A stretch of 63,422 bases of DNA, counting the filler, from Vannella sp. (taxonomy: Eukaryota), in assembly GCA_023345925.1 (NCBI GenBank). It is 7 parts of 7 records of this genome, joined end to end, with 100 filler letters (N's around TTAATTAATTAA, not from the genome) between each part and the next. Parts side by side here need not be neighbours in the genome. Positions count along the whole stretch, not along the records: positions 18,841 to 31,537 come from JAJQQN010000427.1; positions 31,638 to 54,470 come from JAJQQN010001083.1; 5 more parts are not named here. One strand, 5' to 3'. The stretch's first letter is position 1; each line of letters begins with the position of its first letter. Under the pieces are notes generated by a model that was given only the letters and a program-made list of their open reading frames with translations, did not search any database and had not been told where the DNA came from. This document shows positions 22,672-33,221 of this stretch, piece after piece. The translations under genes and the position numbers were made by a program.

Positions 22672-23754
22672 CTACTTGCTGACATGCTCTGCTCCAGCAA
22701 TAGACTTAAGAACTACTAGAGGGTCGCCAAGTCGAACGGATTGGCCGAGTGTCTGATTGACTTGGATAAGATTGCTTCCAAACATCACTCCGAAAGAGGT
22801 GTCTTCAGGAGATGCCTTTTGACGCCTGAAGGTTTCCAATGTCACTAAAGGCTCTTTGCCATCAAACTGGCCTGTGCTGGAGTCGATTGTTGTCATCTTA
22901 CAGCGAGCACAGTTTTTTACCCCTTCGAAGACTAACTCCCCAATCTGCAGTGCCTTCATCGTGTCCTCCTCCCATGCTGGAGAGCCTCTGAAGACAATGT
23001 TTGGGCGGAACCGGCTCATTGGAAGAGCCTCAGCAAGACGAGAGTTCAAATCTTCCAGACTATTCACTTTCTGTGAGACACGCTTCGCTTTCAGAATAGG
23101 CTACCCACGAGGTTTCTGATGTTAAGAGCACAGGATAGGCATCAGCATCTGGACCTGGAGTCAGAAGGATCGACATCACAAAAACTTGTGCTTACAAGAC
23201 ACCTCGTCTTGAGGGGATACAGTGTACTTGACTTCACTGGGAGCATCTGAAACCTTTCTGGGGGCTACTCTGGAAGAGGAGCGGACCAGGCGGACGGGAC
23301 TCTCCATGTAATCGCTGAAGAAAGAAGCAGCAAGTTCTCCGAGGTCCTCTCCTGCGCATTGAACGCTCCAAATGCGAACTGTCTTCACTTCTAAGGGTAG
23401 CTCAGGTGCTTCATCAGCAAGAGGGATGCTTGACTGCACCAGCGGGCCCTTTGTTGGATCCAACGGAAGGAAGAGCATTCGTTCTTGTCCTGGAATGCTC
23501 ACCTGGAGGAACGAGTGGTCCTCAGTGAAAGACACACCAATCTGAAGCATCTTCGGAAACCTTCTTCCCGTCAAGAAGCCTCCATTCGGTTGCACAAGCA
23601 TCCACTCTCGATCTTCCCCCCCGTTCAGCAACCCTCCTCCTTCCCTCGCATCTCTCCTACCATACAAAGGCCCCTTGGAGCACATAGGCATAGTGTCCAA
23701 CCGCACAGCCCCACAGGACTTGATGGGATACACAAACAGCCCGGACACTTCCAT
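22672..23754 (-). CDS. MOSC-domain protein (mARC-like)
   Basis: [33 protein letters not shown] and FGSN; introns. Confidence 0.9.
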
Positions 23755-23891
23755 CGCCCCTCGGAAAGCAGAAAATGTCCATTAAAGAGCCATTTGGTGA
23801 GTCCCATCTTCCGCCTGCACCTCTCATGGATCATTATCTTACCACGTACTTGACATCAGAGCCAACCGGGGAAGGAACGAGTCATTTCTTG

Positions 23892-24653
23892 ATGGCAGCG
23901 AGACGTGTGTTGGTGGCGGTGAAGCGGGCGATCGACTACAAGGTCCAGATCCGCGTGAATAAGGACAACACAGGTGTGGAGGAAGCAAAGATGAGTATGA
24001 ACCCCTTTGATGAGATCGGAGTGGAAGAGGGAGTGAAGATGAAAGAGAACGGACAAGCGGATGAGATTGTCGTGGTCTCTATCGGCTCCAAGAAGACAGC
24101 AGAGACCATCCGTACTGCCTTGGCTATGGGCGCTGATAGAGGCATCCATGTAGAGACAGAGGACGACCTTCTCCCCTTGGACGTGGCGAAGATCCTTCAG
24201 AAGGTGGTCGAGCAAGAGAAGCCGCAGCTTTGCATCCTGGGCAAGCAGGCCATTGACAACGACTGTAACCAAACAGGACAGATGCTTGCGGGCCTCCTGA
24301 ACTGGCCCCAAGCCACCTTCGCCTTCAAAGTCACCTTGGAAGGCGAAAAGTCCGCCCAAGTGGTCCGTGAGATCGACGGGGGGCTTGAAACCATCGAAGT
24401 GAACCTCCCAGCCATCTTAACATGTGATCTACGCCTCAACAAGCCTCGCTACGCAGCTCTACCACAGATCATGAAGGCCAAAAAGAAGCCCCTTGATGTC
24501 ACCGATCCCACCAAGCTGGGAGTGACTCTCTCCCAGAGCCTGAAGACCATCGCTGTACACGCTCCTCCCAAACGTGAAGGAGGTGGTAAGGTGGCGGATG
24601 TCCAAGAACTCATCGCCAAGCTCGGGGCCGCCGGCCTTCTGCCCAAGAACTGA
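23892..24653 (+). CDS. ETFB: Electron transfer flavoprotein beta subunit
   Basis: [34 protein letters not shown] and DLRLNKPRY. Confidence 0.96.
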   Translation: MAARRVLVAVKRAIDYKVQIRVNKDNTGVEEAKMSMNPFDEIGVEEGVKMKENGQADEIVVVSIGSKKTAETIRTALAMGADRGIHVETEDDLLPLDVAKILQKVVEQEKPQLCILGKQAIDNDCNQTGQMLAGLLNWPQATFAFKVTLEGEKSAQVVREIDGGLETIEVNLPAILTCDLRLNKPRYAALPQIMKAKKKPLDVTDPTKLGVTLSQSLKTIAVHAPPKREGGGKVADVQELIAKLGAAGLLPKN

Positions 24654-24694
24654 CCCCAGTGAGACTCACTTGCAATAGACCTGACACTGACGAT

Positions 24695-26539
24695 TCATTC
24701 TGCCCGCTTTCTGTGCCTCAAATGCCGGTTCAGGTCAGTGAACAAGCGGACTCCAGGGCCGACAATCTTGGACCGGAGTGACGGACTTGACACTGGCAGT
24801 GGAACTGGGACTGGGTTCGAGTCTTGGACTCTTGGGCGGGTCAAGGGGGGTTTCTTCCTTGCTCCGTAGTTCTGGAAGGTGGTGGCGATAACAGGAAACT
24901 GCGCTACTTCACTGGGAGTGATTCTATCCCAGAGATTCTCCAGCGCATCCCTCAGGAAGGCCTCTTCAGGGGTGAGGGAATCGACAAAGCGGCGGTCCAT
25001 GATGTATCCCGAGTAGTATCGGGACGTTTGAAGGCAAAGAAGGTCCATCATCACCTCCGTTTGCCGATTGGCTTGCGCTCGAAGGTCAGAAGAGGGAATG
25101 CCAGTGGGAGTATCTTGCATAGAAACACACTCAATAGCTGGGCTCCACAGCTCAGCAGAGAACTGATTGTGAAGGTCCTGAAAAGTGATGCCAATGCGAG
25201 TGGCGGAACCCCGTCTGGCTTTTAAAACAGAGTCCATGATTTTGTGGAAGTTCTCGTCGTCCAAAGAGAACCCTACAAACAGCATATGAGAAGTGAGGAG
25301 CTTTGCCTGGACGATTCCGGCCAACGCAGCCTTCCTTTCCATATAACGCAAATAGTCTCCCCGAGTCGCCACAATGGAAGCCGGGTCTGTGACACACCCA
25401 TGGAGCTTAAGAAGCCATTGGTCTGCTACTTTGGATACGCGGTAGGGGATAACGCTGAGGGTGGCGGACCTATCAAGGGCTAAAAGAGTGTTTTCGTAAC
25501 ATTCATCAAAGTTGGTTGTCACTACCTCCTTACAGCGGAGTCCCGTGATAAGCTGGTGCATTAGAGATGTTGTTGCAAGCTTCATTCTAGCTGTTAGTGC
25601 CTCTCCCAAGCTCTTTCCTTGGCTAACGAAGCGATTGTCGATCAATTCCGCTTTGCTGAGGGTGTCTGTGCTCTTCCAGGAGGCTGTTTGCGTGTCCAGA
25701 CCACATTGAACCGCCATTTCGTCCATTAAATCTGTCCATTCTGGTATCCCAGAACCTCCATTGACCCCACTGCCCAAGAAGAGGACCAACCCACCCTCAT
25801 CCAACTCTTTGGCGAGGGATTCCGTCATTTGGAAGGCAGACTGGAACTGGCTTGGAAGTGTGAAAGGTGGATGGGACACTAAAGAAGGGAAGAAGTCTTC
25901 TAAAGCCTCCCGCCGAGCCTGCTGTGCCAAGAGGAAGGTGGGGCGGTCATAAGCGCACAGGATCACATCAAAGTTAGGTTGCTCCTGGAGCAAGCCAAGG
26001 AGAGCACGTAGGATCACTTTGGTAGCTTCTCCTGTCTGGTAATGGTTGCCTCCTCCACCAGTCCCCACCACAGGCACAGCAAAGAGGAATCTGTCGCGTT
26101 GGTGAAGAGGCTTGCGGTTGGCAAGGACAGCGTCGTCATACATGACCAGGAGAGCTTGCTTGAGTCCATCAGCCATCCACTGTCTCCTCTTACCGTCAAT
26201 CTCCCTGTGATTGACGACATCCAAAGAGTAAATGGGCGGGTGACACTCTGCCGGGAGAGAATGCTCCACCCGATGGACTCTGGGCGTCCGTTGGACCAAC
26301 ACAGGTATGTCCTCAGGTTCTAGAAGATCAAAGTTATCCTCACTCATGCTGGAGGCCCCAGCCAATCCAGAACCAGCCATCACACAACAGACAAAGTGTC
26401 TCAGCCATAACCGGTGCGCTGAGTGCCTCCAGAAGAGTACGTCTGTTTGAAAAGTACCGTTACCTGACATCACCCAAGCATCACAAGAGAGCAGCCTGAT
26501 GTCTCCCTGCGTCACGAAAACGTGCCCTTCACTCCTCAT
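24695..26539 (-). CDS. Macro-like + SIR2 (SIR2_2/SIRim-type) fusion protein
   Basis: N-terminal HVFVTQGDI..LSCDAW and AVPVVGTGGGG (macro-like); C-terminal LFLGSGV..SGIPEW, TTNFD, LKLHG and LFVGFSLDDENF (defence-type SIR2). Confidence 0.8.
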   Translation of the reverse strand: MRSEGHVFVTQGDIRLLSCDAWVMSGNGTFQTDVLFWRHSAHRLWLRHFVCCVMAGSGLAGASSMSEDNFDLLEPEDIPVLVQRTPRVHRVEHSLPAECHPPIYSLDVVNHREIDGKRRQWMADGLKQALLVMYDDAVLANRKPLHQRDRFLFAVPVVGTGGGGNHYQTGEATKVILRALLGLLQEQPNFDVILCAYDRPTFLLAQQARREALEDFFPSLVSHPPFTLPSQFQSAFQMTESLAKELDEGGLVLFLGSGVNGGSGIPEWTDLMDEMAVQCGLDTQTASWKSTDTLSKAELIDNRFVSQGKSLGEALTARMKLATTSLMHQLITGLRCKEVVTTNFDECYENTLLALDRSATLSVIPYRVSKVADQWLLKLHGCVTDPASIVATRGDYLRYMERKAALAGIVQAKLLTSHMLFVGFSLDDENFHKIMDSVLKARRGSATRIGITFQDLHNQFSAELWSPAIECVSMQDTPTGIPSSDLRAQANRQTEVMMDLLCLQTSRYYSGYIMDRRFVDSLTPEEAFLRDALENLWDRITPSEVAQFPVIATTFQNYGARKKPPLTRPRVQDSNPVPVPLPVSSPSLRSKIVGPGVRLFTDLNRHLRHRKRAE

Positions 26540-26661
26540 GCTCAAGAAGGCGACCAAATGAGCTCCTTTGCAGTTCTCCTTCCATGACAAGCTGTACTGT
26601 ACCAACTACAACAGGAGACATCGATCTAAGGGGCTGGGAGGTGGCTATTATTGGCAAAAGG

Positions 26662-28213
26662 ATGGAAGAAGGGGACTTGCTGAAGGTTGTGAGCCGGGGA
26701 AGGGTTTCCTTGGGACATGACGCGGTGAAAGGAAGATGTGGGTATGCCTCAAGGTCTCTTGAAGCGGGGCAGCTGCTGTGTTCAACGTGAGTAAACGTAA
26801 AGGTAGAGAAACAGAGCTGACTAGACTCAGGCGCCCCTTTGCTCTCTGTATAGCCACGGAGAACATCCAAACGCTTTGCCATGAGTGCTTAGAGAAGCCA
26901 GAACACCTTCTACGATGCTCTGGCTGCCGAAAGGCCAAGTACTGCTCCCGAGAATGCCAAGTTCGAGGGGTAAGCCACCTTTCTCTCTCTTCCTTGACTG
27001 AATCCCGCAGTGGAAGCAACACAAAGAGGAATGTAGCATATGGAAGCAAGAGGCACTATGGAAAGCCCTCTCCCCCTTCGATCCAGATGACCAATCCAGC
27101 TTTCTCCTGGTCATCAGAGTTCTCATCAACCGAGAACGCTTCCAGAAGTCGCCTGAAGCATCCATTCCTTACTTCCAGTCTTGGAGCAACATCTCCTCCC
27201 TCTGTGGAACTCAATGGAGTCCAGTGCCACCCTCTGATAGGCCCTTTGAGTTCGACCAAGTCACTTCAACTCGGCTGGCCGAGAGTTTCTCCTCTCTTTC
27301 GGGGCTTTTCTCATTCAAAGAGGAGTACTCGATGGACTTCTTGGTCCAGCTCTTCTTAAAGATGCAAAAGAACAACTTCCAAGTGGTGGATGAGAACTTT
27401 AGAAGCCTTGGAAGTGCTGTTTTCCCGGTGGGAGCTCTTTTGAACCACTCCTGCCAGCCAAATTGTATACTAATGTATCAGTATGATGCAGAGGCACTGT
27501 GTTTTGTGCAGCATATCCGAACGCTGCGAAGGATTGCGGAGGGAGAAGAACTGACTCACTCGTATATTGATTCTGGATTGGTCACAAATGACCGGCAATC
27601 ACGCCTCTATCAACAATTTGAGTTTATCTGCAGTTGCTCTCGGTGTGTTCGTGTCTCTGCCTCCTGCCCAGACCAAATCCTCCAAGGGGTACTCACGGAG
27701 GCGGAGAGACTCCAGCTTGGAGGACTTGGCGCGGTTGATTTGAGCGTAGCCAATGAGCTTTATGAGAGAGCGTCGCAAGAAACTTCTCCCGAGCAACGTG
27801 TGCGACTGTTTGAAGAGTGTCTTCAACTTCGAATGCGCAATCTTCATCGGCTCTCTTTACCTGTCTTCATGATTTGGTGTCGCCTCCTTGATGCTTACAT
27901 GGACACTGATTCTATCACCAAAGCCACAGAAGCTTGCGAACGCATTTGTGAGTGCTACGAAGAAAGTGGAATGTACTGTCAAAGTGACATTCCAGGAGAG
28001 ACCTTTCAACATCCAATGATAGGACTTCAATACTTTACTTTGGGAGACCTTCTTTGTCATCAATGCAGACTCCAAAAGGCCTCTACTGGTCAGATAGATC
28101 CTCTTTTACTTTTCCGTGCCCGAAAGGCATATGAAAGAGCTTTGGTAGTCCTTCAAATAAGCCATGGCCCTCAACATCCGTTAGTACAGAACCTTCAAGA
28201 GCAACTTCTGTAA
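26662..28213 (+). CDS. SMYD-family SET/MYND lysine methyltransferase
   Basis: MYND finger CHECL..RCSGC..AKYCSRECQ; NHSCQPN, GEELTHSY and post-SET FICSCSRC. Confidence 0.9.
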
Positions 28214-28260
28214 GAGGTGGGAGTGTCTCCCTCAAAGCAAGAGCAATACAGTCTATTATC

Positions 28261-29235
28261 TTACACAACGGCCACTTTGTTTCGAATTGGCAGCGCGGAA
28301 GGGCTGACCAAGAAGGCAATCACGCCACCCACAACCACAAAAGCAGAAAGTGCCTTGTTCAGTGTCATACACTGCTCGGCGTGGACGTGGCAGTACATTA
28401 ATGCACTTGCAAAGAATACTGCAACCGCCCTTAGAGACTGAAGCAGCCCTGTTGTGACACTCCCTTCCTCTTCAACGATGACAAAGTAAGCAGAGTTGTG
28501 TGCCACATTAACCCCACAGAGTGCCAAGAACACCCAAACGATTTGGCGCATATTTCCCTCCGCCAAGGCGACTTGGGAAAGGATGAGGTCCTCGAATCGA
28601 GGCACAGTGTAGGTCAGAATGTACACTAGCACTAGGATAGAAGAATAGAGACCAGTGTAGTAGCAAAGATGCCTGCTTTCCATCATTCCTTGGTCAAGAA
28701 TGTGCTGATCTATCACATAAGCAGAGGATATGAGGACAGTGCCCGACAGAACGAACACGGATCCAATGAGGATGTTAGACCTCTGCTGATCTTCCCCTCC
28801 AGAGCTAGCTGAAAGGGCCAAACCGAAAGTGACAATGAAGACGGATCCCCATTGGCGCCAAGAGAGGGGTCGCTTGAGAAATAGGCGGGATACCAAGGCT
28901 GTAAAGATGATGACAGACGAGAATAGCACTTGGTAGATGCCTGATCCCGTGTAAAAGAGCCCAACGGCGGTTCCCATAGAACCTCCAATGTCGAAGAGAG
29001 CAGAGAGGATCACAAAGAAGTGGACACGGAGTGAATGAGAAGCTTTTGTGAAATCGATGAATGTTGATGGACGAAGTAAAGGCAAGCACATGCCCACATA
29101 GCTTGGCAAGACCGTCACCATCGCAAGACCTCGCCCAGATGCTCCTTGGTAGAAGATCCATTGGTATCCCAACGTTGTAACCATTCCTGACAATACAAAG
29201 ACGACCTGGTACGTGACCAAGGAAAGACGATCCAT
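28261..29235 (-). CDS. Drug/metabolite (SLC35-like) transporter
   Basis: About 10 TM helices; GSGIYQVLFSSVIIFTAL.SRLFLKRPLSWRQW motif. Confidence 0.8.
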   Translation of the reverse strand: MDRLSLVTYQVVFVLSGMVTTLGYQWIFYQGASGRGLAMVTVLPSYVGMCLPLLRPSTFIDFTKASHSLRVHFFVILSALFDIGGSMGTAVGLFYTGSGIYQVLFSSVIIFTALVSRLFLKRPLSWRQWGSVFIVTFGLALSASSGGEDQQRSNILIGSVFVLSGTVLISSAYVIDQHILDQGMMESRHLCYYTGLYSSILVLVYILTYTVPRFEDLILSQVALAEGNMRQIVWVFLALCGVNVAHNSAYFVIVEEEGSVTTGLLQSLRAVAVFFASALMYCHVHAEQCMTLNKALSAFVVVGGVIAFLVSPSALPIRNKVAVV

Positions 29236-29350
29236 CCACACCCCAGAAACAAATGATGAAAAACCAAAACATCACGAAAAGAAGAGAGGATATTGCTTAT
29301 TAATTTAGATATCTTGGGTGAAATTTTAACACCCAATTTGGCAATTTTCG

Positions 29351-29422
29351 GGCTCCATAGTGTAATGGTTATCATTCGAGATTCTGATTCTCGAGATCCG
29401 AGTTCGATTCTCGGTGGAGCCT
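29351..29422 (+). tRNA. tRNA-Gln(CTG)
   Basis: Acceptor stem GGCTCCA/TGGAGCC; anticodon arm CGAGA-TTCTGAT-TCTCG; T-arm CCGAG-TTCGATT-CTCGG; T-run terminator at 29430-29434. Confidence 0.93.
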
Positions 29423-29473
29423 TAATTGCTTTTTAGGAGGACTTTTTATCAGAAAGAGAGGTGAATATTCCCC

Positions 29474-31282
29474 TTAATAGATTTGACTGACAGCTCGGCC
29501 CAATGGCGTGGAAAAGTCATGAGCTGCAGGAGGTTAGAATCACATTTGCGCAATTTGATAATCTCACTCAAGCCCAAGTGAATAACGCGGTCCCCACAGA
29601 AAGCTACGGGGTTGGAGCTCTTTCCCACTACAATGCCATTTTGTGGAGAGAAGATCTCCTCCACTATGAAACCAAAGACATTCTTGATCGTTGCAACTAA
29701 TTGACCTTCAACAATGTGCGAGTTCAGATCTATTTGGATTGTCAGATCAACTGCAGTGGTGATGCAACTCACCAGGATGGACTTCCAGTAACCCGCCAGT
29801 GCGCGTGTAGAACCAATAGCCCCCGTCGCAAAGGACTGTATCTTCCTTGTTTGGAGGGGGAGTAGGAACCTCAGACCCTAGATCATACATTTTGAGGTGG
29901 TGAAGAATTCTTCTGATTCCCGCAAACGTTTGGGCTCCCAATTCATGCTGGAAGACTTGTGGATTGCCTATTTCGATGGTAATACTGTGAATACCTAGTG
30001 CAGTAGCGGCACCTCGAAGAGTGCCTGGTTGTCCACAGTTGTGAACGATAATCTGGGGGTTGCATAACCAAGCCATGTCAGCGACCGATTCATTCTGCAT
30101 ATCTGCTCGAATGTAGAACGAATTCACTCGGCCGAAGCTTGCAGTGTGTAAATCCACGTGATAATTCAAAGAGGAAAGGAGTTTCTCTGTCACAGAAAAG
30201 CAGAATTGTTGGGATGAATTGCCATCCGGCTTTCCAGGGAACGATCGGTTGAGGTCTTTTCCATCTCTAAACTCTCGGACGTTGTTATAAAAGCCTGTCT
30301 GATTCACTACTGGGCATGCCATCACCGTCCCGCAGAGATTTTGAGGATTGAGCTCATTCATGAGGCGGTGGATTGGAGGAATACCATTAATCTCATTGCC
30401 ATGAACTGAAGAGGTTATACCAAAGGTTGGACCTGGTTCAATGCCTTTGGCAACAATCACAGGAACTCGAAGGTCATCACCAGTTCCCTCTTTCATCATA
30501 TTGAGCCACAAATAGTGGGTCTTCCCCGTCTCCAATCGACCCATATCCAAACTACTGGATTCAGAAAAGAGGAAAGCCAACAGAACTTGCTTACTGATCA
30601 ACACTGGGGACCGAAAGGGGCGGGTCAATCCCCTGTCGAGCTGGCGGGTAGAAGCGCGGTCGTTCCCAAGAGTACATGCATTTGGAAATAGGAGAGCTTG
30701 CTTCTTTCACAAAGATAAGGAACAGCGAGAGGTAGCAGCTCTTCAAAAACGGAGAAACCCACCTTGGGAGGGATTGACCGTGTCCCCTGAAGCACCAGAT
30801 GTCAAAGACCGAGCCTAGATCACATCAACACCATTGAATCATCTTCTTCTCTCTCTCTACCTTCTGGAAGACCACTGCTCGCCGTAACGAATGAGAAACC
30901 GGCCAAAGATGGCGGAGAGCCATCCCAACCTGCCCCCAAACAACAAATGGAAGGAATCGTTCGATATCGTTCTCATCAGAGAATAGATGCCTGCTGGAGG
31001 AACAGTTTATCAGTTGGAAGGGTCCACAACGCGACCGCACAAGTCTCCCGATTTCACTTGGGGATTGACGTGTCTTGAGAAACTGAATCCCTTTTGAATG
31101 GCACTTAGAACTGCAGGTGGGGGAGGACCGTCATCGGTCATGGAGAAGCTGTTGTACTTTTTCTTTCCTTGTTCGAGCGAGGGGTCAGCGACGGCGCTAC
31201 TCTGTTGTGGAGTGGCATTCACTCCTTCTTGATTCTCGGAGAGGCTTGCAACTGAGGTACCCGACTCGACAGAGTCTGACAT
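29474..31282 (-). CDS. Succinylglutamate desuccinylase/aspartoacylase-like (M14) zinc hydrolase
   Basis: HGNEING, DLNRSFPG, VDLHT and IEIG motifs with a C-terminal biotinyl-like domain; upstream exons inferred and less certain. Confidence 0.8.
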
Positions 31283-31537
31283 GAGAAAATGGCCTTCATT
31301 ACTCGTCTGATAGTGTTGCTGGGCCAGAACAGACCGGAGTTGACTTGACTTTCCCTTTTTCTTCTTTCTCTCGCATACTTGATGACCAATGGATAAAGAG
31401 AAGCAGGGGCTCCTTTCTTCATTGGAAGAGCGCTTTTGGAAACAGTGCCGAGCAACTGGATCTCTCCAGAAGTCAGTCACCAAAGGGACAGATACCGTTA
31501 CCGTGCAGAGATTGTTTGTTGGAGAAGATACTGACAG

Positions 31538-31637
31538 NNNNNNNNNNNNNNNNNNNNNNNNNNNNNNNNNNNNNNNNNNNNTTAATTAATTAANNNNNNN
31601 NNNNNNNNNNNNNNNNNNNNNNNNNNNNNNNNNNNNN
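31538..31637. other. Artificial contig linker
   Basis: N-TTAATTAATTAA-N, 100 nt. Confidence 0.98.
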
Positions 31638-32067
31638 CCATTCTTCGTTTTCAAGCAAAGGTCTTGGCACTCCCAGTTTCCGGCACTGAGACGATTTTCC
31701 GAACTCTCGCTCTTGGTGGATGACTCTAAAGCTGACAAAGAGCTACTAGCAGAAGTGGAGTCAGATAGACTAGGAGAAACACTCATAGAAGGCGAGCTCG
31801 ACTCAGATGAAGTGAACGAGGAAGTCTCCGAGGCTCAAAGACTGGAGAAGCTCCTTTCATTGCTTTGGAACTAAATGCGATTCTTGAGAGTTCAAGAGAG
31901 ATTCCTTTTTCTTTTCGCCCTTTTCAGTGGGTCACTCTCTCCATGCGGTAAGAGATCTGTGCTCAGTTTTGATTAGTCCTCGTTCTTGCTCCTCAAGCCC
32001 GGGGACTAGAGCCACACGAGTTCTTGGGTGGCCCAGGAAAGGAGCGAAATGAGAGTAAGTTATCAGT

Positions 32068-32814
32068 TTAACGAGAGAAAGGAGCGGTCAACAGGCCAGA
32101 CGGGGTGTAAAACAAAGCTTGTTCAGGAGCACTTCGTTCTAGTTCTATGTACTTCTTCGTGGTGGAGTGTTTGTGCCCTGCTGAAATGATCTGAGTTCGG
32201 AAAATCGTCTCAGTGCCGTCAGCGTGAAGGATTTTGATTCTCAGCCGATGGGGCTTGGACACTCTGCGGAGTGGAAGACAGAGGAACACATCGACCACAG
32301 GGGCCACGCCAACATGAAGGAAACAAGAGCTTGTGGCAGGTAGTGCTGCTGTGGTGCAAGGGATGATGGCTGCCGCGAAATTACCGCGGGGAACGACTTC
32401 CACATGAATGGCCACTGCAGAAGCAATCAGATGGAATCCATTAAACTGCAAGCGATGGGTCTTCCCAATGGTGGGAATTGCGAAGGTGCTCTGTTGGTAC
32501 TGTCCGTGGCGGCTTTTCTTCGATTGGAAAAGTACGTGGGGGATTGTCGCAGGAAAGGTTGCAAGGCGTAAGTCGAGCTGTCCCAGGTCTCCGGTTGCCA
32601 GAACAACTTCAGACAAAGTGTGTTGAGTTGGTTCAGCGGACGAGATTCCCGGAGGAGGATCGGTTCCTTGGATTTCAGAGGGGTCCTGCCATTCGGGATA
32701 CGAGAGAAAGCTGGGGTCGCCAAGGTCCTCGACACATTCAACAAATCCGGACGAAGGGTGCAGAGTTGGTTCAGAGGAAGAGGACCCAAAAGCACTCATT
32801 CCTTGGAAATCCAA
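32068..32814 (-). CDS. Hypothetical protein (acidic/Pro-rich N-terminus, beta-rich C-terminal domain)
   Basis: 248-codon ORF, possibly with an upstream exon near 32959; no recognised motif. Confidence 0.5.
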   Translation of the reverse strand: MDFQGMSAFGSSSSEPTLHPSSGFVECVEDLGDPSFLSYPEWQDPSEIQGTDPPPGISSAEPTQHTLSEVVLATGDLGQLDLRLATFPATIPHVLFQSKKSRHGQYQQSTFAIPTIGKTHRLQFNGFHLIASAVAIHVEVVPRGNFAAAIIPCTTAALPATSSCFLHVGVAPVVDVFLCLPLRRVSKPHRLRIKILHADGTETIFRTQIISAGHKHSTTKKYIELERSAPEQALFYTPSGLLTAPFSR

Positions 32815-33221
32815 GAAGAGATCGCCTTTTCCATAAGGGTCGTGTTCAGAGGATTGGTAAGGCCCGTTTAAAGCAGCACGGAGGATCCGGAGGCAACGTG
32901 AAGTACTGACCTTCCAAAGGAAGGTCGGGGAAGGCTGAGAAGTCGGTTGAGCTGTTCATTTGGTCGAGAGAGCAGAGAATGATAGAAATCGACTTCTCCT
33001 AAACTTCCCTTATCCGAATCAGTTCCCCGATTCCTGGGGTTTTCTCGATTCTTGATTTTTTCTGTTTCGAAGAACCGAAAGTGCTCACTCTGAACCTTTC
33101 AGAATGAAGCTGTTTGAATTTACTATTTCTATGCAAAATAAAATGAAAGGAACTTGATTGTTTGGTGGAAAGGGGTTGCATTTCCCCTTCGGTTTGACGT
33201 CATTCTTTCTTGGTACGTGAG

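Noticed and set aside
29374..29415. Apparent short GATTCTCG repeats or mini-array
   Set aside because: Explained by the anticodon and T arms of tRNA-Gln.
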